A stretch of DNA of 64,000 nt. It comes from Acidimicrobiia bacterium. Its GTDB lineage: Bacteria > Actinomycetota > Acidimicrobiia > IMCC26256 > JAENVU01. Positions 1 to 9,066 of this stretch are shown here, piece after piece. Under the pieces are notes generated by a model. It was not told the origin of the DNA and did no database searches. It saw only the letters and a list, made by a program, of their open reading frames with translations. The first letter of the stretch is position 1. Each line of letters begins with the position of its first letter. Where the stretch lies: contig JANPMG010000009.1 in assembly GCA_031422675.1 (NCBI GenBank), positions 6,750 through 70,749 on the forward strand, in the 5' to 3' direction. The position numbers and the translations under genes were made by a program.

Positions 1-332
1 GCCTGACGAAGCGTCTCGAACGGTGTGACGTCCATGCCCAAGAGCTGCCCGGCACCCCAGTCGTCGCCCGAGTCGTGGCTCATGTCGCCACCGGGGATGA
101 AGACGTCGCCCGTCGCGGTGATGACGAGCCCCGCAAGATCGGGGTCGGCGTCCACGCGGTTGATCGCGTAACGGAGCGCGAAGTACATCGCCGCGGTCAA
201 GGCGTTTCGGCGCTCGGGCCGGTCGATCACGCAGTGCGCGATCGAACCGAACCGTTCGAAGGTGACGAACTTCGTCCCCAACCAGTCGCCGCTCGGCGGT
301 CGAGGCGGCGACGGTTCGTCCGCGTCGTTCAC
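1..332 (-). CDS. enoyl-CoA hydratase/isomerase (crotonase) family, 3' end outside the window
   Basis: Manual translation from GTG at 332 (overlapping the SDR stop): ...CVIDRPERRNALTAAMY...LVITATGDVFIPGGDM, matching crotonase N-terminal motifs. Confidence 0.85.
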   Translation of the reverse strand, partial: MNDADEPSPPRPPSGDWLGTKFVTFERFGSIAHCVIDRPERRNALTAAMYFALRYAINRVDADPDLAGLVITATGDVFIPGGDMSHDSGDDWGAGQLLGMDVTPFETLRQ

Positions 333-1159
333 ACCAGTCGCCCGTACAGGAAGTCGGCGACCGGCGTGGCGTCGGGGAACGAGCCGGTGATTCCCGAACT
401 CATATATCCCGCGTCGGTGATCACGTTGACGCCGTTGAGGGCTCGGGCGGCATCGCTACAGAGGTACACGAGCGCACCGGCCTGCTCCTCCGGAGTCGAG
501 GTCTCGATCCCGACGGCCGCGCGGTAGTCGGCGCCGAAGCTGAGCCACGTCTCGGCGTTGGCGCGGGCCAGGGGCGTGTCGGTGGGCCCGGGCAGGATCG
601 CGTTGATCCGGATCCCCCGCTTGAGCATCGGGAACGCTTCGCGCGCGACGTAGGCACACATCGCTTCTTTGCTCCACTGGTAACTCGCCTTGTACTCGTG
701 CGCGGCGATCCACGCCGCGGCGGCATCGAAGCCGTCGGTGTCGAGATACTCCTTGACCTCATCAAGGTGCGCCTCCCACGCGAGCCCGGCCGCCGACGAA
801 ATCATCCCGATCGCCGAACCCCGCGGCATCAGGTCCGCACCGATCGCGCGTTCGATGAAGTGGCGGTGGCCGATGAAGTTGATCTTCTCGATTCCCGGCG
901 TTCCGTCGGCCACGCCGGCGCACGACAACAACACGTCGATCGGCCCGCCCACCGTATCGACTGCGGTCTCGATGCTCGCCTGATCCCGCAGATCCAACGG
1001 AACGGCAGTCACGCCCTCGAGTTCGATCGGGGCGTAGTCCAACACCACCACGTCGGCGCCGAGATCACGGATCAGCGTGGCGGCCGCCGCGCCCATGCCC
1101 GTCGCGCCGCCCACCACCACCGCGCGCTTGCCATCGAAGCGGAAAGAATCGGGCGTCAT
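329..1159 (-). CDS. SDR family oxidoreductase
   Basis: GGATGMG Rossmann motif, SSAAG, YQWSK (YxxxK), PGPTDT; start at MTPDSF. Confidence 0.9.
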   Translation of the reverse strand: MTPDSFRFDGKRAVVVGGATGMGAAAATLIRDLGADVVVLDYAPIELEGVTAVPLDLRDQASIETAVDTVGGPIDVLLSCAGVADGTPGIEKINFIGHRHFIERAIGADLMPRGSAIGMISSAAGLAWEAHLDEVKEYLDTDGFDAAAAWIAAHEYKASYQWSKEAMCAYVAREAFPMLKRGIRINAILPGPTDTPLARANAETWLSFGADYRAAVGIETSTPEEQAGALVYLCSDAARALNGVNVITDAGYMSSGITGSFPDATPVADFLYGRLV

Positions 1160-1242
1160 GAAAGCTCCTCGATCGGCAGGGAAGCCGGAATGTATACGAT
1201 CCCCTCCGGCTGAGTCCGAGATGGTCTGCGACGGGATTCGAC

Positions 1243-2532
1243 ATGAGTGACACCTCGCCCGCGCCGGCGCCGAGCACGACCGCAAGCGCCATTACCGACG
1301 ACGGTGTGGCCCGGCTACGAGCCCGCATTGGCATCCCCCGCCCCCATACCCGCGGACCGCACTATCTCGTCCCGAACGAAGACGCGTTCCGGAACGTCGC
1401 GCACGCCTACGGCGACGACAACCCGCTGTGGTGTGACCCGGGCTACGCGACGACCACGCGCTGGGGAGGACCGATCGCACCGCCGCATCTCGCGGGCGGC
1501 GATTCGCTCATCGGCGAGGACGAAGTCACCCGCTTCGACGCCGACACCAAGCAACTCATGCGCGGTGACCCCCTCGGCGGAGTCCACGCGTTCTACTCGG
1601 GGTCGTTCCGGGAATGGTGGAATCCGCTCCGACCCGGGACTCGCGTCGCGCGTCGAAATGCGTTGGTGGGCGTGCACGACAAGGAGGGGGATTTCGCCGG
1701 GCGCGCCGTCCACGAATGGTCGGCGGAGGTCTTCGCCGCGGTGGGCGGTCCGGTCCTGGCCGCCCAGTACCGGCTGATGATCCGTGCGGACCGCGATCGC
1801 GCCGTGGAGCGCAAGGCCAACGACACCATCGAGTTGCGGCCCTACACCGACGCCGAACTCGCCGCCATCGACGACGCGCTCGCCGGTGAACGGGCCCGAC
1901 GCCGAGGAGCCGAGCCCCGGTGGTTCGAGGAGGTGCAGGAAGGCGACGAACTCAGCCCGATCGTCAAGGGCCCGATGCGGGTCACCGACATGGTGTGTTG
2001 GCACGTGGGAATGGGCATGGGCCTCTACAACGTGGCGCCGCTGCGGTTGGGGTTCGATCAGCGTCAACGCATGCCGCGCTTCTTCCGCCCTGACGACCTC
2101 AACATTCCCGACGTGCAGCAGCGGGTGCACTGGGACCCGGATTGGGCGCAGCGGGCGGGCAACCCGGCGAGCTACGACTACGGCCGGATGCGCGAGACCT
2201 GGCTCATCCATCTCTGTACCGACTGGATGGGCGACGACGCGTGGCTCTGGAAGTTGGACTGCCAGTTCCGCAAGTTCAACTACGTCGGTGACACGCATTG
2301 GATGCGCGGCCGCGTCACCCGCACGTATCTTGCCGACGGCGATCGCCCCGCGGTCGACATCGAACTCGCGGGGGTGAACCAGCGGGATGAGACCACCACC
2401 CCCGGCCACGCCACGATCCTGCTGCCGTCCCGGGAACACGGCCCGGTGCGCCTTCCCGAACCATCGGGCGGCGCGACCACGTGTCAAGAAACCCTCGACG
2501 CCCTCGCCACCCGCTTCGCCACCGACCGCTGA
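1243..2532 (+). CDS. MaoC-like double hot-dog acyl dehydratase
   Basis: GDDNPLW and IAPP in the N-terminal hot-dog; VHWD...YDYG and FRKFNYVGDT in the C-terminal hot-dog. Confidence 0.8.
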   Translation: MSDTSPAPAPSTTASAITDDGVARLRARIGIPRPHTRGPHYLVPNEDAFRNVAHAYGDDNPLWCDPGYATTTRWGGPIAPPHLAGGDSLIGEDEVTRFDADTKQLMRGDPLGGVHAFYSGSFREWWNPLRPGTRVARRNALVGVHDKEGDFAGRAVHEWSAEVFAAVGGPVLAAQYRLMIRADRDRAVERKANDTIELRPYTDAELAAIDDALAGERARRRGAEPRWFEEVQEGDELSPIVKGPMRVTDMVCWHVGMGMGLYNVAPLRLGFDQRQRMPRFFRPDDLNIPDVQQRVHWDPDWAQRAGNPASYDYGRMRETWLIHLCTDWMGDDAWLWKLDCQFRKFNYVGDTHWMRGRVTRTYLADGDRPAVDIELAGVNQRDETTTPGHATILLPSREHGPVRLPEPSGGATTCQETLDALATRFATDR

Positions 2533-2556
2533 CCCCGGCCAGCGCCTCCCTCGGCG

Positions 2557-2593
2557 CCTCACCCCTCACCCCTCCCCCTCACCCCTCACCCCC
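2557..2593. repeat. (CCTCACC)n-like tandem repeat; G-quadruplex-capable on the minus strand
   Basis: Five runs of 4-5 C separated by TCA or T. Confidence 0.7.
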
Positions 2594-2644
2594 GACTTTC
2601 GTGCAGTTTGCGGAGCCCCGGGTCCCCAAAGTGCACGAAGGTCG
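2593..2644. repeat. REP-like palindrome, family A, copy 1
   Basis: CGACTTTCGTGCAGTTTGCGGA-gccccggg-TCCCCAAAGTGCACGAAGGTCG, an imperfect 22-bp inverted repeat; near-identical copy at 4239. Confidence 0.85.
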
Positions 2645-2679
2645 TCTGGGAAGGGGACGAGAGCGGGCAGACTGCCGCG

Positions 2680-4200
2680 ATGAACCGTCGCCGCCCCGTG
2701 CTCGCCGCCGTTGTCACCACGGTCGTCGCACTTTCGCCCGCGGCGTGTTCGTCGAGTTCGTCGGACCCACGCCTGTCGCCTACCTCGACCCGAGCGTCAT
2801 CGCCGCAGGCGACCGGACCCGACGCGCCCACCCTCGTACCAGCCGCGCGAGTCACGAACGAGATCACCGCCGGGACAGGTATCAACCTCGCGAGCGCAAC
2901 CAGCGGACCTTCGGTCCCGAAGGGCTGGGTCGAATCCGAATACGCGGTAGAAGGCACCGCGAGTTCGTACTCGTCGGCCACGCCGTTGGCCGCCGACGGC
3001 AACTGGACACTCACGGAGAGCACTGCGCGTGCGCCGTACCGGACCCGCATCGTCGTGCGCCGCCCGGTCGCGGCGAAGGACTTCAACGGCACGGTCGTCG
3101 TGGAGTGGCTCAATGTCAGCGGCGGGTTGGACGCGTCGCCGGACTACTCCTACGCGAAGGGGGAGATCCTGCGGAGTGGTACGGCGTGGGTCGGAGTCTC
3201 CGCGCAGTCCATCGGCGTCGAGGGCGGCGCGGTGGCAGTCCCGATCAAGGTCGCCGAGGACGCCGGCGCAGGGAAGGGTCTGCGCGCGCTCGATCCCGTG
3301 CGATACGGCGATCTGCGCCACCCCGGCGACGCGTACTCGTACGACATCTACACCCAAGTGGGCCGTGCGCTTCGAGCGCCGACGGGGGTCAACCCACTCG
3401 GCCCGCTGAAGCTCCGACACCTGCTTGCGATCGGCGAGTCCCAATCGGCGTTCGCGCTGACCACCTACGTCGACGGCGTCCAGCCGCTCACTCGCGAGTT
3501 CGACGGCTTCTTCATCCACAGCCGCGGCGGCGCGGCGGCGCCGCTCGGCGCGCCGGGCGTGGGAATCGACATCGCGACCACTATCACCGGCGCACCCACG
3601 AAACTCCGGACCGATGGTCGGGCACCGATCCTGGTCCTGGAGACCGAGACCGATCTGCTCGGGTTCTTGAACTACCGGGCCGCGACGCAACCGGACAGTG
3701 ACCGGCTGCGGGTGTGGGAGGTCGCAGGAACCGCGCACGCCGATCGTTATCTCGTCGGCTCGATCGGCGAGCAGATCGGTTGTCCGACCCCCATCAACAA
3801 CGGGCCCGGGCGCTTCGCGGTCGGTGCGGCCCTGCACGCGCTCACCCGCTGGGTGGCCGACGGCATCGCTGCGCCGCGCGCACCGCGGCTCGAGATCAGC
3901 GGCGCCACCTTCGTGCGCGACGAGTTCGGAAACGCACGCGGCGGGATCCGCACTCCACTCGTCGACGTTCCGGTGGACACGCTCTCCGGGGAATCCGGCG
4001 GCGGGTCCGTCGCGTGCCTGCTCTTCGGGTCGACCACGCCGCTCTCCCCCGAACAACTCCGCGCGCGGTATCCGTCGCGCGCGAAGTATCTGGCCGAGTA
4101 CCGCGCCGCCACCGATCGCGCGATCACGGCCGGCTTCGTCCGGCCCGCCGACCGGGCTGCGCTGCTCGCGGCCGCCGACCCATCCCGCGTCCGCAAGTAG
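2680..4200 (+). CDS. secreted lipoprotein, alpha/beta hydrolase domain (ABhydrolase_10-like)
   Basis: Signal peptide with lipobox PAAC; FNGTVVVEWLNV, GESQSA nucleophile elbow, EVAGTAH. Confidence 0.75.
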   Translation: MNRRRPVLAAVVTTVVALSPAACSSSSSDPRLSPTSTRASSPQATGPDAPTLVPAARVTNEITAGTGINLASATSGPSVPKGWVESEYAVEGTASSYSSATPLAADGNWTLTESTARAPYRTRIVVRRPVAAKDFNGTVVVEWLNVSGGLDASPDYSYAKGEILRSGTAWVGVSAQSIGVEGGAVAVPIKVAEDAGAGKGLRALDPVRYGDLRHPGDAYSYDIYTQVGRALRAPTGVNPLGPLKLRHLLAIGESQSAFALTTYVDGVQPLTREFDGFFIHSRGGAAAPLGAPGVGIDIATTITGAPTKLRTDGRAPILVLETETDLLGFLNYRAATQPDSDRLRVWEVAGTAHADRYLVGSIGEQIGCPTPINNGPGRFAVGAALHALTRWVADGIAAPRAPRLEISGATFVRDEFGNARGGIRTPLVDVPVDTLSGESGGGSVACLLFGSTTPLSPEQLRARYPSRAKYLAEYRAATDRAITAGFVRPADRAALLAAADPSRVRK

Positions 4201-4238
4201 CGCCGGCGGGCGCAACTCCCCCGTGCGGCCTCACACCC

Positions 4239-4290
4239 CGACTTTCGTGCAGTTTGGGGAGGCCCGGGTCCCCAAAGTGCACGAAGGTCG
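4239..4290. repeat. REP-like palindrome, family A, copy 2
   Basis: CGACTTTCGTGCAGTTTGGGGA-ggcccggg-TCCCCAAAGTGCACGAAGGTCG between convergent genes. Confidence 0.85.
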
Positions 4291-4317
4291 TAGCGCTCGG
4301 TCAGTCGACAAGTTGGG

Positions 4318-4704
4318 TCAGTCCACCCGGCGGCGGAGTGGGTGGTCGGGCGGTACTTCGACGAGCCGCAGTTCGAGACCGTCGGGATCTTCCACCCACC
4401 CCTCGATCAACCCCCACGGCATCCGTTCCGCCGGCTTGACGATCGTGACCCCCGCCGCCGCCAGCCGCCGCTCCTCCGCGCCCACATCGGCGACCTGAAG
4501 CCACAGGCAGAACCCGGGGCCCACGCCGGTGCCACCACGCGTCAGCTCCAGGAATCCACCGCCGAGGAAGTACACGACGCCGGTCACCACTCCGGCCGCG
4601 CCGTACTCCCGGTAAGTATGAAGCCCGAGGGTGAGTTCATAGAAGCGGCGGCTCGCCTCGAGATCCCGCACCCGCACGATGGTTCGACTACTGAGGACGT
4701 CCAC
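4318..4704 (-). CDS. VOC/glyoxalase family protein
   Basis: VRDLEASRRFY...LGL, MPWG...VEDPDG..LRLVE. Confidence 0.85.
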   Translation of the reverse strand: MDVLSSRTIVRVRDLEASRRFYELTLGLHTYREYGAAGVVTGVVYFLGGGFLELTRGGTGVGPGFCLWLQVADVGAEERRLAAAGVTIVKPAERMPWGLIEGWVEDPDGLELRLVEVPPDHPLRRRVD

Positions 4705-4755
4705 CGCGCCAGTCTCGCGTCCGGGGTCCGCCGGATCCGGCCTCTCCGCCCGCCG

Positions 4756-6435
4756 CTATCGCGCCGGGCGCAACCCGGTGGTGATCGGGAGTTCGAGGCC
4801 GATGGCACTGAAGTCCACACTGCCCCCGAGCCGGGGTGGCGCGTACGCGACCGTCGAGGCGATGAGCTGCAGGGTGAGCTTGGCGCCCGCCCGCGCCGAG
4901 AAGACCACGAGTTCCAACCGCACGGTCACCGAATGCTGCACACCGTCGAGTTCCAGCTTCACCGGCGTGATCTGGTTGCCGAGCACCAACCCGGTCTCGG
5001 GGTCGACGATCTGGGCGAACACGCGCGTTGGCCGCTCGCCGGGCGGGGTCGTCCCCGTGTACGTCAGGTTCAGCTTCGGCGCGCCGAGCACCACGGCCGG
5101 CTTCGCGAAGTCCACCGAAAGATCGAGTCCGTTCGTGGCGCGCGCCGGCGTGATCGCGTTGGCGATGCTGCCGAGCGCGGCGGCGGGCGCACCCGGAACC
5201 GGCTTCGCCACCTCGACCGTCGTCGCGTTGAGGCGCAATGAACCGGAGCCCTTCGCGGTGACCGGCCTTCCCGGCGCGGGTGGGTAGGAGTCCGAGACGA
5301 ACCGATCGCCGTTCTGGTCCACGGTGGAGAACCCGGGTCCGAGATCGATGGCGGTGTCCTGCTTCACGTAGCGAGCGAGCCAGGCGATCGCGGCGCGGCC
5401 GTTGTAGGTCTCGTCACCGGGCTTGGTCAGACACACGCCGTGCCCGCCACAGAACCAGATCATTGCGGCGGGGACGCCTTTGGCCTTCAACAGCTCGTAG
5501 TTCGTCACGGCTTCGTCCAGGGTGAAGAGCGTGTCGACGGTGCCCTCGATGATCAGCGTGGGGATCGTGATGCGCGAGACCGTGTCGCCCGGTCCGCGCG
5601 ACGCGAACCACGCCGCGTCCTCGGCACTGATCGTCCCCGTGGCCCGACCGCTTTCGTAGGCACTCGTGATGTGCGGGTCGAGGTTGAAGTTCCGGGCGAA
5701 GCTGTAGAGCTGATCGCCCCACCCGCTCTTGACCGTCTCCGCCTTGTAGAGGCTCGTCGCCAGCGAGTGCCACGCGATCGTCGGCACGATGGCGTCCACC
5801 CGACAGTCTTGGATCGCGAGCACGATCTGGATGTCGCCGCCGTAGGAACCGCCGACCATGCCCATTCGAGGGTCACCCGGCGCGTCGAGCTGGACACCGG
5901 GTTGGGTGGCCACCCAGTCGACGAGCACCTGGGTGTCCTTGCCTTCGTGCGCGGGATCATTCGTGGAGACCACGCCGCCCGACTTGCCGAACCCGCGCGG
6001 ATCCCACGTGAGCACGTTGTAACCCTCGGCCCAGAGGTTCGCGATGTTCACGTCGCCAAAGATGCCGTCACCCTTCGAAGCGGTGTTCACGTCGCCGGGT
6101 TGACTCCAGCCCGGACCCTTCAACACGGTGGGGAACCGCGTCGTGGCCGTGGCGTCAGGGTTCGGGAACCAGTGCGCGCGAATCACCGTGCCGTCGAACG
6201 AGGTGACAGCCATCTCGGCCGGCCGGGCCGGATCGGCCGGGGTGGCCTCCGGCGCGGCGCCCCGCTCGATGGTGCATTGCGGGCGGACGAACGTCGCCGA
6301 CTTCTCTGCGCCGGCCAGCGAGGTGGAGGACGCGCCATCGGTCTTCGACGCCGTCGAGCTCGAACACGCCGCCGCCACGAGCGCGCTCAGCAGGATCAGG
6401 CCGAGCGCGCGAAAAGGACCTCGAATCATCCGCAT
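4756..6435 (-). CDS. CocE/NonD (peptidase S15) family hydrolase, lipoprotein
   Basis: Lipobox AAAC; WDPRGFGKSGG, GGSYGG, DTLF, GGH. Confidence 0.8.
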   Translation of the reverse strand: MRMIRGPFRALGLILLSALVAAACSSSTASKTDGASSTSLAGAEKSATFVRPQCTIERGAAPEATPADPARPAEMAVTSFDGTVIRAHWFPNPDATATTRFPTVLKGPGWSQPGDVNTASKGDGIFGDVNIANLWAEGYNVLTWDPRGFGKSGGVVSTNDPAHEGKDTQVLVDWVATQPGVQLDAPGDPRMGMVGGSYGGDIQIVLAIQDCRVDAIVPTIAWHSLATSLYKAETVKSGWGDQLYSFARNFNLDPHITSAYESGRATGTISAEDAAWFASRGPGDTVSRITIPTLIIEGTVDTLFTLDEAVTNYELLKAKGVPAAMIWFCGGHGVCLTKPGDETYNGRAAIAWLARYVKQDTAIDLGPGFSTVDQNGDRFVSDSYPPAPGRPVTAKGSGSLRLNATTVEVAKPVPGAPAAALGSIANAITPARATNGLDLSVDFAKPAVVLGAPKLNLTYTGTTPPGERPTRVFAQIVDPETGLVLGNQITPVKLELDGVQHSVTVRLELVVFSARAGAKLTLQLIASTVAYAPPRLGGSVDFSAIGLELPITTGLRPAR

Positions 6436-6553
6436 GAGACCCGACCCTAATGGCGACGCTCCCGAGCGCGGGGAGTTGCCACCGCCGCGCCGAGCCAACG
6501 ACGCGGAGCGGCGGCGCGCGAGCAGTGGGCCGCGTGGGCGACGCGCGAGCGAG

Positions 6554-7405
6554 CTATTCGGTGCCGTCGACGCAGATCGTGGTCTTGGTGCCGATCGTCT
6601 TCGGGTCGATCACGTTGAAGGTCCCGTCGTCGCAGGTGATCGTGGAACTCAGGTGGGCGTACACGCCCTCCGGGCTCTCGTACCCGGGCACGACCCACAC
6701 GTGAAGCAGGTACCCGGTCCGCTTGATCAGGCTGCCCTTGACGGCGTCGCAATCGGCCTTGGTGGCGTCTCGGTCGGCGCCGAGCGGCGTGTCGATTCCG
6801 TTGGCACCCTGCACGATGCAGACGTCCTGGTGGAGATGCCAGGTGTCGTTCGGGCCGGCGAACCCGGCCGCATCCGGCATCGAACGGCTGTAGAAGAGAC
6901 CCGAAACCCGCGAGTCCTGATGCGTGCCGTCATAGATCCACGCGATCGGTTTGCGGATGTCGTCGTCGCTCATCACGCCGTCGGCGTCACCGGCGACGTT
7001 GCCGTACGCGATGTAGTGCGCGCCCAGTCCCGGCGAGAAGGGTCCGGCACGGCGCAAGCCCGCCTTCTCCGCGTCGGCGACGGTCGGGTACTGCAGTGCG
7101 ACCTCGCGGGCGAGGGTCAACTGACGGGCCAGCTCCGCCCGATCCGGCTTCGAGATCGCCTCGGGGAAATAGGGGCCGTGTTGCATGCCGTTCCCGAGCT
7201 TCGAGAAGCCGCGATCGTCGACGGCGTCGTCGTCATGGCCCATGGCCGCCATCTCGGCCGCGGTCATGCCGTCATCATGGGTCTTCGTGGACGTCTTCTC
7301 CGACGCGCCGCCACCGGCGGAGTCCGCCTGCTTCGTGTCGGATGAGCACGCAGCCACACTCAGTGCCAGCGCGGCGAGTAAGACGATGCCGAGACGTCGA
7401 CCCAT
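6554..7405 (-). CDS. uncharacterised lipoprotein with conserved-looking His motifs
   Basis: Lipobox VAAC; GLGAHY, WHLH, LLHVW motifs. Confidence 0.7.
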   Translation of the reverse strand: MGRRLGIVLLAALALSVAACSSDTKQADSAGGGASEKTSTKTHDDGMTAAEMAAMGHDDDAVDDRGFSKLGNGMQHGPYFPEAISKPDRAELARQLTLAREVALQYPTVADAEKAGLRRAGPFSPGLGAHYIAYGNVAGDADGVMSDDDIRKPIAWIYDGTHQDSRVSGLFYSRSMPDAAGFAGPNDTWHLHQDVCIVQGANGIDTPLGADRDATKADCDAVKGSLIKRTGYLLHVWVVPGYESPEGVYAHLSSTITCDDGTFNVIDPKTIGTKTTICVDGTE

Positions 7406-7516
7406 GAAAACTCTCCCCCAGAAGTTCCGAGCGACCGAAAACGTGCGCCGCGCCCGAGAGGGTAGGCGCGTCGCCCGACGGCACGCGTCGCTGCCCCGGG
7501 GTATCGGCACCGCTCG

Positions 7517-8290
7517 CTACGTGCCGGTCCACTCCGGTGGGCGCTTCTCGGCGAACGCTTTCGGGCCTTCCTTGGCATCGTTCGACCCGAACACCCGGCC
7601 GGTGAGACCGCCCTGAATCGCCCAGAACTCGGCCTCGGTGGCACCGAGGGTGGCCTTGACCAACTGCTTCGACGCGGCCACCGCGAGCGGCGCGTTCCGC
7701 GCGACGCGCGTGGCCAACTCCATGGCCACCTCGACCGCCGAGCCCTTATCTGCGAGCCGCGCGACGAGCCCGAACTCGAAGCCGTCCTCCGCGGTGATCG
7801 GGTCACCGGTGATGGCCATCTCCATTGCCTTGCCGTACCCCACTCGGCTCGGCAGTCGCAAGAGTCCCCCACCCGCGGCGAAGAGACCGACTCCCACCTC
7901 GGGGATCCCGAGCTTGGCGCCACGCGCTGCCACCAAGAGGTCGCAGCTCAACGCGAGCTCGAGCCCACCGGCGAGAGCAAAGCCTTCGATCGCACCGATC
8001 AGCGGCTTCTCGGCACCGTTCTGCACGAACGTCATCATCGGGCCGATGTCCTCGCCGCGTGCGAACGCCTTGAGGTCCATGCCGGCGCTGAAACCGCGGC
8101 CGGCGCCGGTGAGCACGCCCGCGGTAAGACCGGCGTCGCCGTTCAACTGTTCGACTGCGCCCCACAGCCCGCGAGCCAAATCACCGTTGATCGCGTTCAT
8201 AGCGTCGGGTCGGTTCAGGGTGATGAGGAGAACCCGTCCCCGTTGCTCGACGAGGACCGCTTCGTTGGTCGTTCCCGCTTCGGGCGTCAT
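7517..8290 (-). CDS. enoyl-CoA hydratase
   Basis: LNRPDAMNA, FSAGMDL, AGGLEL, PEV (two catalytic Glu); ATGA overlap with the upstream SDR. Confidence 0.92.
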   Translation of the reverse strand: MTPEAGTTNEAVLVEQRGRVLLITLNRPDAMNAINGDLARGLWGAVEQLNGDAGLTAGVLTGAGRGFSAGMDLKAFARGEDIGPMMTFVQNGAEKPLIGAIEGFALAGGLELALSCDLLVAARGAKLGIPEVGVGLFAAGGGLLRLPSRVGYGKAMEMAITGDPITAEDGFEFGLVARLADKGSAVEVAMELATRVARNAPLAVAASKQLVKATLGATEAEFWAIQGGLTGRVFGSNDAKEGPKAFAEKRPPEWTGT

Positions 8291-9066
8291 TTCGGGGGCA
8301 TCCGGATGCCGCCGTCGACGCGGATGACTTCCGCGTTCATGTACGGGTTGGTGATGCACTCCAACACCATCGACGCCAACTCCTCGGGCGAGCCGAGGCG
8401 CTTCGGGAACAGCACCGACTGGCCGAGGTGGTTCTTGAACCCCTCCGACGCTTCACCGGTGCCGTAGATCGGCGTGTCGATGAGTCCAGGCGCGATCGTG
8501 TTGACCCGAATGCCCACGGCCGAGAGGTCACGCGCGATCGGCAGCGTCATTCCCACGATGCCACCCTTCGACGCAGAGTACGCGGCCTGGCCGATCTGTC
8601 CGTCGAACGCGGCTGCCGACGCCATGTTCACGATTGCACCGCGCTGACCGTCGCCGTCCACCGGCTCGGTCTTGGCCATCGCCGCGGCGCAGAGCCGCAG
8701 CATGTTGAACGACCCGAGCAGGTTCACCTTGATGACGAACTCGAACTGTGATTGGGGCATCGGGTCGTTGTTGCGATCCACCGTGCGGCCCGCGCTACCG
8801 AGTCCGGCCGAGTTGACCAATGCCCGGAGCGGTCCCATCTCCGACGCCGCCGCCACTGCAGCTGCGCCGTCGTCTTCGCTCGAAACGTCACAGTGCACGA
8901 ACAGTCCACCGAGTTCCTTGGCGAGCGCGGACCCCGCGTCGTCGTTCAGGTCCGCGATCACCACGCGCGCGCCGAGCGCCGCGAGCCCGCGCGCCGAGGC
9001 TTCACCGATACCAGACGCGCCGCCGGTGACAACCGCCGACGCGTCCTTCAGCTCCAACCGCGCCAT
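8287..9066 (-). CDS. 3-hydroxyacyl-CoA dehydrogenase type II (HSD10-like SDR)
   Basis: TGGASGIG, AAFDGQIGQAAYSASKGG, MTLPIARDL. Confidence 0.9.
   Translation of the reverse strand: MARLELKDASAVVTGGASGIGEASARGLAALGARVVIADLNDDAGSALAKELGGLFVHCDVSSEDDGAAAVAAASEMGPLRALVNSAGLGSAGRTVDRNNDPMPQSQFEFVIKVNLLGSFNMLRLCAAAMAKTEPVDGDGQRGAIVNMASAAAFDGQIGQAAYSASKGGIVGMTLPIARDLSAVGIRVNTIAPGLIDTPIYGTGEASEGFKNHLGQSVLFPKRLGSPEELASMVLECITNPYMNAEVIRVDGGIRMPPK

Noticed and set aside
2593-4290. Palindromic repeats as a CRISPR array or IS ends
   Set aside because: Only two copies 1.6 kb apart, with no spacers, cas genes or transposase.
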